NCBI GenBank assembly: GCA_902604055.1
Contig: CACKXA010000001.1
Span: 10,789-74,788 of the forward strand
Length of the DNA: 64,000 nucleotides
Reading direction: 5' to 3'
From: an uncultured Pelagibacteraceae bacterium
Lineage (GTDB): Bacteria; Pseudomonadota; Alphaproteobacteria; Pelagibacterales; Pelagibacteraceae
The notes under the pieces were generated by a model. It was not told the origin of the DNA and ran no database searches. It worked only from the letters and a program-made list of their open reading frames with translations. Positions within the stretch are counted from its first letter, which is position 1, and each line of letters starts with the position of its first letter. Shown piece after piece: positions 40,179 to 49,323 of the stretch. Position numbers and translations under genes: made by a program.

Positions 40179-41269
40179 TTTTTATTTATTGGCACACTTG
40201 TTGTTCTTAACTGACCACAGCCACACAAAGATTTCTCAGACCTGCCCCCACTTCTTCTTACAGTTACTATAAATCCTGCATCTTTTACTATCTTAGCAAA
40301 TTGATTGGTCTTCTCTTCAGAAACAGGTTTGATATCACATCCTGGCCATGTATTCATGAAGATTAAATTCAGTTTTGAAGGAAATTGACTCATTACCTTA
40401 ATTAATTGTCTTGCGTCCTCAGAGCTATCATTAATTCCTGCCATTAAAGTATATTCAATAAAAACTTTTTCTCCCACTTTGTTTGTATAATATTTACAGC
40501 TTTCAATAACTTCTTTTAATGGATATTTTTTGTTGATTGGAATAATTTTATCTCTTTTTTCGTTATCTGCTGAGTGTAATGATAAAGCAAGGTATGTGGC
40601 TACTGAGTCCGTGAACTCTTTAATTTTATCTGGAATGCCGATTGTGCTGAGAGTTATAGACTTTTTACCAAACGCCAACCCAGTAGATTCTTCTAAGACT
40701 TTAATAAATTGTTGAACTTGAGAAAAGTTTGTTAAGCTCTCCCCAGATCCCATGAGCACGATATTTTTTAAAAGTCTCTGATCTCCAAAATCATTTAGAT
40801 ATCTTTTAGCAATCATGATTTGCATGACCATCTCATTAGCTGATAAATTTTTAACTAAGGCTTGGGTCCCAGTAGCACAATGAATGCATGCGCTATTTTT
40901 CGACATAGCACAGCCTACTTGAACTGAAACGCATACGGTATAATGAGATGACTTACTTGGAATTAAAACTACTTCAATTAAATTTTTATTTTCATCATTA
41001 AGCTCTAGAAGCCATTTAATAGTTGAGTCTTCAGCAGTTATTTTCTTTACAATTTTTGGTAGATCTAGAGATAAGTGTTTATCTAATTCTTTTCTAAGAT
41101 CTTTAGTAACAGTAGATAAATCACTAAAATTTGTTAAGCCTTTTTTGTATATTCCTGAAAATAATTGTTCCGCACGCATTTTAGCCCGTGCGCTTTCAAT
41201 GCCTATCTTTTCAACTAAAAAATTTTTTAATTGATTAAAATTAAGTTCATAAAAGTTTTGTTTAGTCAT
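40175..41269 (-). CDS. rlmN: Radical-SAM RNA methyltransferase RlmN (divergent)
   Basis: CVS.QVGC, C..C.TG, NIV.MG.GE, LA.SLH, EY....GIND, CGQL. Confidence 0.9.
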   Translation of the reverse strand: MTKQNFYELNFNQLKNFLVEKIGIESARAKMRAEQLFSGIYKKGLTNFSDLSTVTKDLRKELDKHLSLDLPKIVKKITAEDSTIKWLLELNDENKNLIEVVLIPSKSSHYTVCVSVQVGCAMSKNSACIHCATGTQALVKNLSANEMVMQIMIAKRYLNDFGDQRLLKNIVLMGSGESLTNFSQVQQFIKVLEESTGLAFGKKSITLSTIGIPDKIKEFTDSVATYLALSLHSADNEKRDKIIPINKKYPLKEVIESCKYYTNKVGEKVFIEYTLMAGINDSSEDARQLIKVMSQFPSKLNLIFMNTWPGCDIKPVSEEKTNQFAKIVKDAGFIVTVRRSGGRSEKSLCGCGQLRTTSVPINKN

Positions 41270-41288
41270 TGAAAGATATTAAGGGCTT

Positions 41289-41312
41289 GAGCAGGCTTTT
41301 AAAAGCCTGCTC
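41289..41312. terminator. Perfect 24-bp palindrome between the small ORF and rlmN
   Basis: GAGCAGGCTTTT-AAAAGCCTGCTC; no clear U-tract, so it may be a stabilising stem rather than an intrinsic terminator. Confidence 0.55.
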
Positions 41313-41323
41313 TCTGATAAAGT

Positions 41324-41518
41324 TTATATTTTATTCTTATAATTCCTTAAGTGGGCTAAAATTTTTCCTTTTCTAGGACCCTGACTTAATTTCAGGCCAG
41401 CAGAACCGTTACCATTAATTTCAACTGCCGCCTTAGATTTATTCATTTGTTGCAGAATTCGCCTTTTTTTTTGGCCTAGGTTGTAACTCTTCAACAAATG
41501 TGAAAATCGATCTGTCAT
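41324..41518 (-). CDS. Small basic hypothetical protein
   Basis: AAAGGAG RBS, promoter-like sequence upstream, hairpin downstream. Confidence 0.75.
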   Translation of the reverse strand: MTDRFSHLLKSYNLGQKKRRILQQMNKSKAAVEINGNGSAGLKLSQGPRKGKILAHLRNYKNKI

Positions 41519-41550
41519 TTCACACTCCTTTCTTGTTCAACCTCTTTGCA

Positions 41551-41609
41551 ACTCTCTTTCAGAGAGTCTTCGATGAGAATCGAAGAGCTTTATTAGCATG
41601 CTCTATGCT
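41551..41609 (-). ncRNA. Three-hairpin candidate cis-regulatory RNA
   Basis: Minus strand: AGCAT-agagc-ATGCT, TCTTCGAT-tctc-ATCGAAGA, ACTCTCT-gaa-AGAGAGT; TTGACA-N16-TAAAAT just upstream. Confidence 0.65.
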
Positions 41610-41642
41610 TTCTAAATTTTATTATAAGGGTTATAAATGTCA

Positions 41643-41798
41643 ATGGATAAAAAACTATTAGGTTTTATAATTGTTGGTTTTGGACTCTTATTGCTTTTTA
41701 GTGAAGAAAAATACTCATTTTGGTTTTCTGCAATAGCACTGGGCATAGGGGCAGGCTTTGTTATACAAAAACCTGAAAAAAATGACAAAGAAAAATAA
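41643..41798 (+). CDS. 51-aa two-TM membrane protein (below the ORF-track cutoff)
   Basis: MDKKLLGFIIVGFGLLLLFSEEKYSFWFSAIALGIGAGFVIQKPEKNDKEK; stop is 1 nt before the next ATG. Confidence 0.65.
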   Translation: MDKKLLGFIIVGFGLLLLFSEEKYSFWFSAIALGIGAGFVIQKPEKNDKEK

Positions 41799-41799
41799 A

Positions 41800-42408
41800 A
41801 TGTCTAAAAGAATTTGTATAATATTTGGTCACTATGATACAAAAAATTCATTTTGTAGCGCTATAAGAGATACTTTTGTTGCAGAGTCAAAAGCAATCGG
41901 CAATGAAATAGATTTAATTAATTTGTACGAAGAAAAAGAGCAATTACCTTATTATCGAAACGTCAATCCTCCGCCTAAATTAGTTTTAGATTATAGAAAA
42001 AGATTAGAAAAAAGTGATGTAATGTTCATAATAAGTCCATGTCACAATTTAAGATTAACAAGTATAACTGAGTCATTTATTGATTGGGTATTACATCCAA
42101 AGTGGTTTTTCGAATACAAATCTCTTATTCCGGGCAACAAGTATTTCAAAAATTACGGGTTTTCAGTACCGGGTGCCATGAAAGGGAAACTCGGTATAAT
42201 TGGTCTAGTTTATGGAGGGCCTATGATAGCTTACTCTAATTTTTCTTTTTTTGATAACATTCCATATAGACGAATTAAAAAATCTGTTTTCCAACTTGGC
42301 GGCATGAAATGTCAATATCTAAGAATATATTCAGTCCTTCCGAATATGGAAAAGAAAATATTTGATAAGCATATGGAAAAAGTAAAAAAATTAGCTAGAG
42401 GATTATAA
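41800..42408 (+). CDS. Flavodoxin-like NAD(P)H-dependent oxidoreductase
   Basis: I.IIFGH....SF, SP.......L..FIDWV flavodoxin-2 pattern. Confidence 0.78.
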   Translation: MSKRICIIFGHYDTKNSFCSAIRDTFVAESKAIGNEIDLINLYEEKEQLPYYRNVNPPPKLVLDYRKRLEKSDVMFIISPCHNLRLTSITESFIDWVLHPKWFFEYKSLIPGNKYFKNYGFSVPGAMKGKLGIIGLVYGGPMIAYSNFSFFDNIPYRRIKKSVFQLGGMKCQYLRIYSVLPNMEKKIFDKHMEKVKKLARGL

Positions 42409-42410
42409 CT

Positions 42411-42521
42411 ATGTCGAAAAGATACTCAGGAAAAAGTCAAAAAGATCGTAGCTTTATGAAAAAAGCAAAGTTATCTTTAAAAGAAAAGAGAAAAATAAAG
42501 AGAGAAAAGCAAAATAAATAG
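42411..42521 (+). CDS. 36-aa basic peptide (below the ORF-track cutoff)
   Basis: MSKRYSGKSQKDRSFMKKAKLSLKEKRKIKREKQNK fills the gap with 2-nt spacers on both sides. Confidence 0.6.
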   Translation: MSKRYSGKSQKDRSFMKKAKLSLKEKRKIKREKQNK

Positions 42522-42523
42522 GT

Positions 42524-43150
42524 ATGTGCGGTAGATATAGTGTTCAGAAAAAAACTTTACTTGTGGCCAATGGTTTAGTTAAAAAAAATATTAATGTAGA
42601 TCTTGAGCAAGATAATTTTAATTGCGCTCCTGGAGGAAAATACCCGTGCATCAAATCTGCTACTAATGGGAAATATCTTGAGATGACAATTTTTGGCTAC
42701 CTTCCATCTTGGAGTAAGCCAGATTTTAGACGATTACACAATGCTAGATTAGAAGGTATAGAGACCAAAGTAAGTTTTAAAAAACTTATAGTAAATTCAA
42801 GAGCGGTGGTGCCTCTCTCTGGATTTATTGAGTGGTCTAAAGTGAACGAAAAGAAAATTCCCCACTATTTTACCAGAGCAGACTCTGAGGATATCTTCTG
42901 CCCAGCAATTCATGATGCAGGGCAATTCACTATTATTACTAGGGAAGCTACTGAACAAAATGCTAAAATTCACCACAGACAGCCAGTAATAATCTCGAAA
43001 TCTCAAATTAATAATTATTTTAATTTAAATAATAATGCAGTAGAATTTTTAAAAACTGTAAAACCACCTGTGCTTAAATACCATGAAATTTCAACTAAAA
43101 TTAATAATCCAAGCGCTAACGATGCAACACTAATTAATCCAGTACAATGA
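42524..43150 (+). CDS. SRAP (YedK/HMCES) abasic-site protection protein
   Basis: MCGRY N-terminal Cys, NAR.E, GF.EW, IH.RQPV. Confidence 0.92.
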   Translation: MCGRYSVQKKTLLVANGLVKKNINVDLEQDNFNCAPGGKYPCIKSATNGKYLEMTIFGYLPSWSKPDFRRLHNARLEGIETKVSFKKLIVNSRAVVPLSGFIEWSKVNEKKIPHYFTRADSEDIFCPAIHDAGQFTIITREATEQNAKIHHRQPVIISKSQINNYFNLNNNAVEFLKTVKPPVLKYHEISTKINNPSANDATLINPVQ

Positions 43151-43944
43151 CTAAACTGTCCATAGAATTATCAGAAAATAATGTTGGTTGTTATGTAAAA
43201 ACTAACTTGAAAAATATCACGCACGAAGAAATTCAAGAAATTAAAAAATTATTAAATAAACACTCTGTTCTTTTCTTTAAAGAGCAACATTTAAATCCTC
43301 AAGAATATATAAGATTTGCATCTAACTTTGGTAAGCCTGCTGAGTATCCAATGCTAAAGCCTCATAAAGATTTCAAAGATATTTACGTAATTGAGAGAAA
43401 AAAAAGTGATAAAGGAATTGGATTCGGAATTGGCGCTCACACGGACTCTTCCTACATGAATAATCCTCCTCGTTTTACTTTTTTACAAGCTATTCAAGTT
43501 CCTGAAGAGGGAAAAGGTAATACTTTATTTTATAATCAGTTTCTTGCATATGAAGCGCTGCCAAATGAAATAAAGAATAAGATTGAAAATCTTGAAGGTG
43601 TTTTTTCTTCTCAAGGTAAAATTGCTAGAACACGAGTGCAAAGAGAGGTTGAACATGGAACAAATAATACAAAAGAAATAAGATCAAAACATAAATTAGT
43701 TCAATCCATAGATGACAGAAAAGCAATTTATTGCTCTCCAGGACACATAGTAGAAATAGCTAATCAAAACTCAGATCAAAAAAAATTAATTGATTTTTTA
43801 ACTTCTCATCAAACCAAAAAAGATTTTTCATTTAGTTTTGCTTGGAAAAAAGGTGATATAGCAGTTTGGTCAAACAAATCTATGCTTCATGCAGCAACTA
43901 TTTATAATGGTGATAGAAAAATGTTTAGGATTACTGTTCAATAA
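43147..43944 (+). CDS. TauD/TfdA family 2-oxoglutarate/Fe(II) dioxygenase
   Basis: VLFF..Q, HTD, G.TLF, W..GD.AVW.N....H, R.M.R. Confidence 0.88.
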   Translation: MTKLSIELSENNVGCYVKTNLKNITHEEIQEIKKLLNKHSVLFFKEQHLNPQEYIRFASNFGKPAEYPMLKPHKDFKDIYVIERKKSDKGIGFGIGAHTDSSYMNNPPRFTFLQAIQVPEEGKGNTLFYNQFLAYEALPNEIKNKIENLEGVFSSQGKIARTRVQREVEHGTNNTKEIRSKHKLVQSIDDRKAIYCSPGHIVEIANQNSDQKKLIDFLTSHQTKKDFSFSFAWKKGDIAVWSNKSMLHAATIYNGDRKMFRITVQ

Positions 43945-45000
43945 TTAATCTTTCAATAGCTGGGTTAAATGTCCCATTTTCCGACCAGGTCTGATTTCAG
44001 TCTTCAAATAATCGAAAAAAAATTCATTTTCTTTAAACTTTTTATTTCTAAATTCCTTTATTTCGTCTCCTAAAATATTAGTCATAATTGCATTAGAAAT
44101 TTTTTTATTTTCAATAAATTCTAATCCTAAAATACTTCGTATATGGTTCGTAAATTGGCAAACTTTGTAACTATTAACGGTATGCCACATGCCGTTATGA
44201 CAACGATTGCTCCACTCCAAAAAATAAAGATCTTCTTGTTGATCGACCATAAATTCTATATTTAAGGTTCCTACATAATTAAGTTTTTCAGCAAATTTAA
44301 TTGCAATATCTTGAGAGTTTTTTAAAACGCTTTTATTTATATTTGCTGGTATTTTTGATTCTCTAAGTATACCTTTTTCATGTTTGTTTTCAGATGGCTC
44401 GTAAATTGAAATTCTTCCATCTTTAAATCTTGTTACTGCAATAGAAATCTCTTGTTTAAAGTTTAAAAATTTTTCTAAAACATACTCTTTGCTAAAATCT
44501 AATTTTTCATCGATATCTTCCAAAGATTTAAATCTGTATTGTTGTTTGCCGTCATAACCTCCTGATACAGACTTTAATATACAATTACCATATAACTTTA
44601 CTCCCTCTTTTAGTTCCGCTAATGATTTTATACTTCTCCATTCTGTTGTTTTTACTCCAAGCTCATTAGCAAATTTTTTTTCTAATATTCTATTTTGAGC
44701 AATTTTTAAAGTATTTGGTGAGGGATGAACTTCTTTAACGTCAGCAATAGATTTTAAAATTTCGTAAGATAAATTTTCAAAGGCATAAGTGCATAGATCT
44801 ATTTTTTTAACAAAATTTTCTATTACCTTTTTATCATTTAAATCAGCGCATATAAATTCATCTGCCACGTGTTTTGCAGGGCCGTCTTTGTCGTCAGTAA
44901 GAACTATGGTTTTAATTCCACCAATTTTTTTTGCAGATTTTATTAGCTGAGTTTCTAATTGACCGCTATACAAAATTCCTAGCGTTATCTCTTTTGACAT
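43945..45000 (-). CDS. purK: N5-carboxyaminoimidazole ribonucleotide synthase (divergent)
   Basis: FEN, QNR..EK, GGYDGK.Q, R.HN, RPGRKMGH; next to purE. Confidence 0.9.
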   Translation of the reverse strand: MSKEITLGILYSGQLETQLIKSAKKIGGIKTIVLTDDKDGPAKHVADEFICADLNDKKVIENFVKKIDLCTYAFENLSYEILKSIADVKEVHPSPNTLKIAQNRILEKKFANELGVKTTEWRSIKSLAELKEGVKLYGNCILKSVSGGYDGKQQYRFKSLEDIDEKLDFSKEYVLEKFLNFKQEISIAVTRFKDGRISIYEPSENKHEKGILRESKIPANINKSVLKNSQDIAIKFAEKLNYVGTLNIEFMVDQQEDLYFLEWSNRCHNGMWHTVNSYKVCQFTNHIRSILGLEFIENKKISNAIMTNILGDEIKEFRNKKFKENEFFFDYLKTEIRPGRKMGHLTQLLKD

Positions 45001-45489
45001 TTACTTTGGTCTTTTTTTTACTGATTGTGTTTGAAGCCTTTTCCACTTCTCTAAATTAGATTTAATTTTACTGTCAAACGTTCCTATTATTGATGCTGCG
45101 TATAAGCCAGCATTTAATGCTCCATTGATTGGCATTGTTCCTACTGGACAACCGCGAGGTAGACAAATTTGGGATAATATTGCCTCTAAGCCTTTAAGTT
45201 TTTTTGATTCAATTGGAACTCCTATAACAGGAATATCAGCTAATGAAGAAACCATTCCAGGTAAATGAGCAGATCCGCCCGCACCCGCAACAATTACTGC
45301 AAAACCATTTTTTGAGGCATTTTCAGCAAATTCAAACATGCGTTTTGGCGTTCGATGAGCACTTACAATTAAAGATTGGTATTTAACTTTAAGAATTTTT
45401 AAAATTTTTTCGCATTCCCTCATAACGTCATAATCAGATTGTGACCCCATTATGATTGCTACTTTATTGTTTTGTTTATTGAGTTTCAC
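45001..45489 (-). CDS. purE: N5-CAIR mutase
   Basis: IIMGSQSD, SAHRTP, AGAGGSAHLPGM, PVIGVP. Confidence 0.95.
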   Translation of the reverse strand: MKLNKQNNKVAIIMGSQSDYDVMRECEKILKILKVKYQSLIVSAHRTPKRMFEFAENASKNGFAVIVAGAGGSAHLPGMVSSLADIPVIGVPIESKKLKGLEAILSQICLPRGCPVGTMPINGALNAGLYAASIIGTFDSKIKSNLEKWKRLQTQSVKKRPK

Positions 45490-45595
45490 AAATCAATTTA
45501 ATCAATTTTAAAAATAAAAACAATAGAGTTTTAAATTCTTTTTTTTGACTAATTTATGCCTATCAAAACACAAATTTTTCTTCGATATTTAGAGT

Positions 45596-45799
45596 ATGAA
45601 AATATTATCTATTTTATCTTTGTTGCTTTTGTTAACAAATTGTACAGGTGGTAGCGTAGCAAAAATTAAGCTTGGAAAACGTTGTACAGTTGCAGACGCA
45701 AACCAAATACAAGAAAAAAGTGTAGTTTGGTTTGTATCTAAAGAAGCTCTTCCGAGTTTTAACAAAAGAATAAATAAATCAAATTGTCTCGATAGCTAA
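45596..45799 (+). CDS. Small lipoprotein
   Basis: Signal peptide with an LTNC lipobox. Confidence 0.7.
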   Translation: MKILSILSLLLLLTNCTGGSVAKIKLGKRCTVADANQIQEKSVVWFVSKEALPSFNKRINKSNCLDS

Positions 45800-45840
45800 A
45801 TAAATATTTAATTTTTGATATTTATGTTTATAAGGGGTTT

Positions 45841-46896
45841 ATGTTTAAGTATAGACCCCTTATTATTTTTTGTATAATCTTCTCTTCTTTTAATTTGAGT
45901 TTAATAGCTATGGAAAAGAAACCTTATCACCATCTATCTGATGGAACCTATAGAAACCCGCTTGGATCTCCTGAGAGAGATCCGAATGTAAAATGGTCTT
46001 ATAAAAAGTTTAACGAAGAAAGAAAGAAAATTAAAACAGAGTTACCGCCAGATTTTATTATTCCAAGACATGAAGTAATAAAAAATCTTGAAAATCATAA
46101 AGATGAAGATTTTATAGCATCTATAGGACACGCAACTTTTTTAATAAAATTGGGTGATACAACTATAATTACGGATCCCCATTTTTCTAAAAATGCTGGC
46201 CCATTAATCTTCGGACCTAAGAGATATGTTGATCCAGCGATAAATCTCAAAGATCTTCCTAAAGTTGACTTAATTTATTTGAGTCATTTACATTATGATC
46301 ATTATGATCCTGCAACAATTCGAAGGTTTCCTTATAAAGATGCAAAAGTCGTTGTTCCATTAAAAGTAGGTAAATATTTTAAAAGATATAAGGATGTAAA
46401 CGAACTTGATTGGTATGAAGAAATTAAAATTAATGATGATTTAAAAATAACTTTAGTTCCTAATATCCATTGGAGCAAAATTACTCTTTTTGATTATAAT
46501 AAAAGTTTATGGGCAGGTGCGTTAATTACTTACAAAGATAAAAAAATTTTGTTTAACTGCGACACAGGATATGGAAACATATTTAAACAAATCTCCCAAA
46601 AATATGGGCCAATGGATTTAACGTTCATTAATATTGGAGCATATTCATTTGAAAAAATGGGTATAAAAAAATCAATTTATCATGCTACTCCTGAAGAGGC
46701 TTTGCAAATAGGAAAAGATTTAAAAAGTAAAAAAATTATTGGAATGCACGCATTCACTTTTGTTTTGAGTCTTGAACCCGTCTGGGAACCATATCAAAGA
46801 TTTAAAGATGGTGCTCAAAAATATGGTTTTAAAAAAGAAGATGCAGTAATTTTTAAAATAGGTGAAATAAAAAAATTAGATGAACTAATTAACTAG
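45841..46896 (+). CDS. Metallo-beta-lactamase-fold hydrolase (RomA/NAPE-PLD-like)
   Basis: GHAT, TDP, SHLHYDH, HWS, DTGY, IGAY, H..PEEA. Confidence 0.88.
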   Translation: MFKYRPLIIFCIIFSSFNLSLIAMEKKPYHHLSDGTYRNPLGSPERDPNVKWSYKKFNEERKKIKTELPPDFIIPRHEVIKNLENHKDEDFIASIGHATFLIKLGDTTIITDPHFSKNAGPLIFGPKRYVDPAINLKDLPKVDLIYLSHLHYDHYDPATIRRFPYKDAKVVVPLKVGKYFKRYKDVNELDWYEEIKINDDLKITLVPNIHWSKITLFDYNKSLWAGALITYKDKKILFNCDTGYGNIFKQISQKYGPMDLTFINIGAYSFEKMGIKKSIYHATPEEALQIGKDLKSKKIIGMHAFTFVLSLEPVWEPYQRFKDGAQKYGFKKEDAVIFKIGEIKKLDELIN

Positions 46897-48079
46897 CTTT
46901 TCTTTTGTTTCTTTCTTTATCTAGAAGTTTTGTTAAAGCATCCACCATCATATCAGAAGCTTTAAATATCTCGTTAGATTTAAATTCTATTGAAATATTT
47001 TTTTCAGGGTTAGTTTTATCCTCTATAATTATTCCTTCGTCAGGAGAGTTGTTTTTAATATAAATTAATATTAACCATTCTTCATCGGGAACATCATCCC
47101 ATTTAATGAATATTTCGCCAGTTTCAAATCGTCTATCAATAACTCTCATAATACTAAGATACTTCGGAATATATCTTTTATTTATTTGAAAACACAAACT
47201 ATGGGCTGACCTATAAAAACTTTCTAAAGCAAATTCAATTTTCTGTCTTTCAAGATTAAACAGTCTTTCTTTTTCAAGTAAAACTGTTCTATCATCACCT
47301 TCTTCAACTTTAACACCTAGTTGTTCAACTCTTTCTCTTATTTTTTGATCTCTTAAAGCCTGATATTTTTGTTTAATCTTATCTATACGATCTTGAACAT
47401 CAGCGTAAGATTCTCGTTGTTGACCTAACACGAATCGTTCGAGATTTTTTATTTCTAGAGCTTCACGCTTTCGAAATTTTTCAATTTTTTTCTCTAATTT
47501 AATTTGTTCTAAAAATTTTCTTTGTTTTTCGGCCTGCTCTCTTCTTACTTCAGCTTGTTCGAGTTTAATAAATTTTTGCAATTCTTGCTTTCTCTCTTTG
47601 CCAAGTTTTATTTCATCTTTTAATTCTTGTTCCTTAACTTTAAGTTCATTATCTCGTTCATTTTTTAACTTATTTTGTATTTCTTTTTTCTCTCGCTCCA
47701 TTTCTTGAATTTTAATACGTTTTTGTTTTTCTCTTTCTTCCTGAATAACTTTTTTAATTTCAGACATTTTATTTGATATTCCTTGAAAGAAATTTTGGAG
47801 CGACCTGTCTAAATTAAAATTAAATCTAAAAACTGATTTTAATTTCTCATTAGCTTTTAGCAAACTAAGTATTACTACTCTTGTTTTTTTTGGAGATTTA
47901 AATTTTTTTTTTACTTTGTTTTTTCTTTTTTTATTTTTTTTTATTTTTCTTTTTCTTTTTCTTGTTTTTTTAGGAATTTTTTTATTTTTTTTTTTAAAAA
48001 TATTCTTTTTTACCTTCTTCTTAAGGGCTTTTTTTTTAAACTTTCTTTTCTTTATTTTTTTTCTTTTCTTTTTTGACAC
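46889..48079 (-). CDS. Hypothetical coiled-coil protein with a Lys/Arg-rich N-terminus
   Basis: Long ORF with a K-rich head, E/K/Q/R helical middle and globular C-terminus; start uncertain (GTG). Confidence 0.75.
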   Translation of the reverse strand: MSKKKRKKIKKRKFKKKALKKKVKKNIFKKKNKKIPKKTRKRKRKIKKNKKRKNKVKKKFKSPKKTRVVILSLLKANEKLKSVFRFNFNLDRSLQNFFQGISNKMSEIKKVIQEEREKQKRIKIQEMEREKKEIQNKLKNERDNELKVKEQELKDEIKLGKERKQELQKFIKLEQAEVRREQAEKQRKFLEQIKLEKKIEKFRKREALEIKNLERFVLGQQRESYADVQDRIDKIKQKYQALRDQKIRERVEQLGVKVEEGDDRTVLLEKERLFNLERQKIEFALESFYRSAHSLCFQINKRYIPKYLSIMRVIDRRFETGEIFIKWDDVPDEEWLILIYIKNNSPDEGIIIEDKTNPEKNISIEFKSNEIFKASDMMVDALTKLLDKERNKRKAS

Positions 48080-48099
48080 ACCTACTAAGTAGCAGAGTC

Positions 48100-49323
48100 T
48101 TAGACTTTATTGAACAAATATTCTTTTGTGATTGGAACAGTGTCTATTTTTTTTGTTAATGTAAGTTGAAAAACTTGCAAATCGTGTAAAAAAGCTTGTG
48201 CACAACCCCAAAGATAAATTCTATAAACTCTAGTGAATTTTTCGCCCATGAGTTTAGTTATTTCTCTCTTTTTATTCATAAAATTTTTATGCCATTCCAT
48301 TAAAGTAAAGAAATAGTGCTTACGCCATACATCTACGTCAGCCAATATGAGGCCGCTTTTTTCTATAGCTGGCATTACTTGACTAAGTGAGGGACAAAAT
48401 CCATTAGGAAAGATGTGGTCTTGAATAAAGGTGTTTTCAGCTTTGGGTGATGTATTGGATCCTATGTAGTGAATTACAGCGATACCGTTTTCAGTAAGAA
48501 GATCGAAAATTTTTTTAAAATATTTTTCATAACCTTTGTTGTGACGGATCTGATGCTCAAATTGACCAATACTAATAATCTTGCTGTAAGTTTTATCTTT
48601 AATATCTTGAAAGTCTTTAATTTCAAATTTTATATCTGCGTTACCTAAATTAAGTTCTTGTTGTTTTTCTTTTGCAACTTTTGTTTGTTCTTCACTAAGA
48701 GATATTCCGTGCATTGGAATATTATGTTCTTCAGCGCACTTTAAAATAAAATGTCCATTTCCAGCTCCTATATCTAATAAATTATCATTTTTATTTAATC
48801 TAAGTTTTCTTTTTAGATAATCTACTTTTGCATGTTGAGCTTCATCGAGTGTTTGATGTTCAGGTCCACCCTTTGTCCACATCGCACAAGAATAAAGCAT
48901 AGTATCACTTAAAAAATATTTATAGACTTGACTAGGGATGTCATAGTGAAATGCGATGGATCGTTTGTTTCTTGATGTAGAACTTCTTAAGAACAATTGT
49001 CTAAAAATACTTTTCGCTTTAGAGGTAAAATCATTAAAAAAGTTAATATTTCCTCTACTAACATTATCTATACAAATAGTTAAAAATTCCTCTATACCAG
49101 TTTCTTTATTAAAGGTTATGTCCTCAGAAATTATATATTCTGGAATCCATTTTTCTGAGTGTAATAAACATTTAAGTTCTGAAACTTTTTTTGAAACTTT
49201 AACTTCTAAAGGGTCACCTTTTTTTTTCGGTTCACCTATAATAAATTTCTGTCCACTAGGTGAAATTAAAATAAATCCATCTTTTTTAATTATCTTTGAT
49301 AAAAATTTTGGTAAAATATACAT
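48100..49323 (-). CDS. cfa: Cyclopropane-fatty-acyl-phospholipid synthase family methyltransferase (divergent)
   Basis: I..HYD, YSCA, L.EAQ..K, LDIG.G.G, LSEEQ, IFP.G..P. Confidence 0.85.
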   Translation of the reverse strand: MYILPKFLSKIIKKDGFILISPSGQKFIIGEPKKKGDPLEVKVSKKVSELKCLLHSEKWIPEYIISEDITFNKETGIEEFLTICIDNVSRGNINFFNDFTSKAKSIFRQLFLRSSTSRNKRSIAFHYDIPSQVYKYFLSDTMLYSCAMWTKGGPEHQTLDEAQHAKVDYLKRKLRLNKNDNLLDIGAGNGHFILKCAEEHNIPMHGISLSEEQTKVAKEKQQELNLGNADIKFEIKDFQDIKDKTYSKIISIGQFEHQIRHNKGYEKYFKKIFDLLTENGIAVIHYIGSNTSPKAENTFIQDHIFPNGFCPSLSQVMPAIEKSGLILADVDVWRKHYFFTLMEWHKNFMNKKREITKLMGEKFTRVYRIYLWGCAQAFLHDLQVFQLTLTKKIDTVPITKEYLFNKV

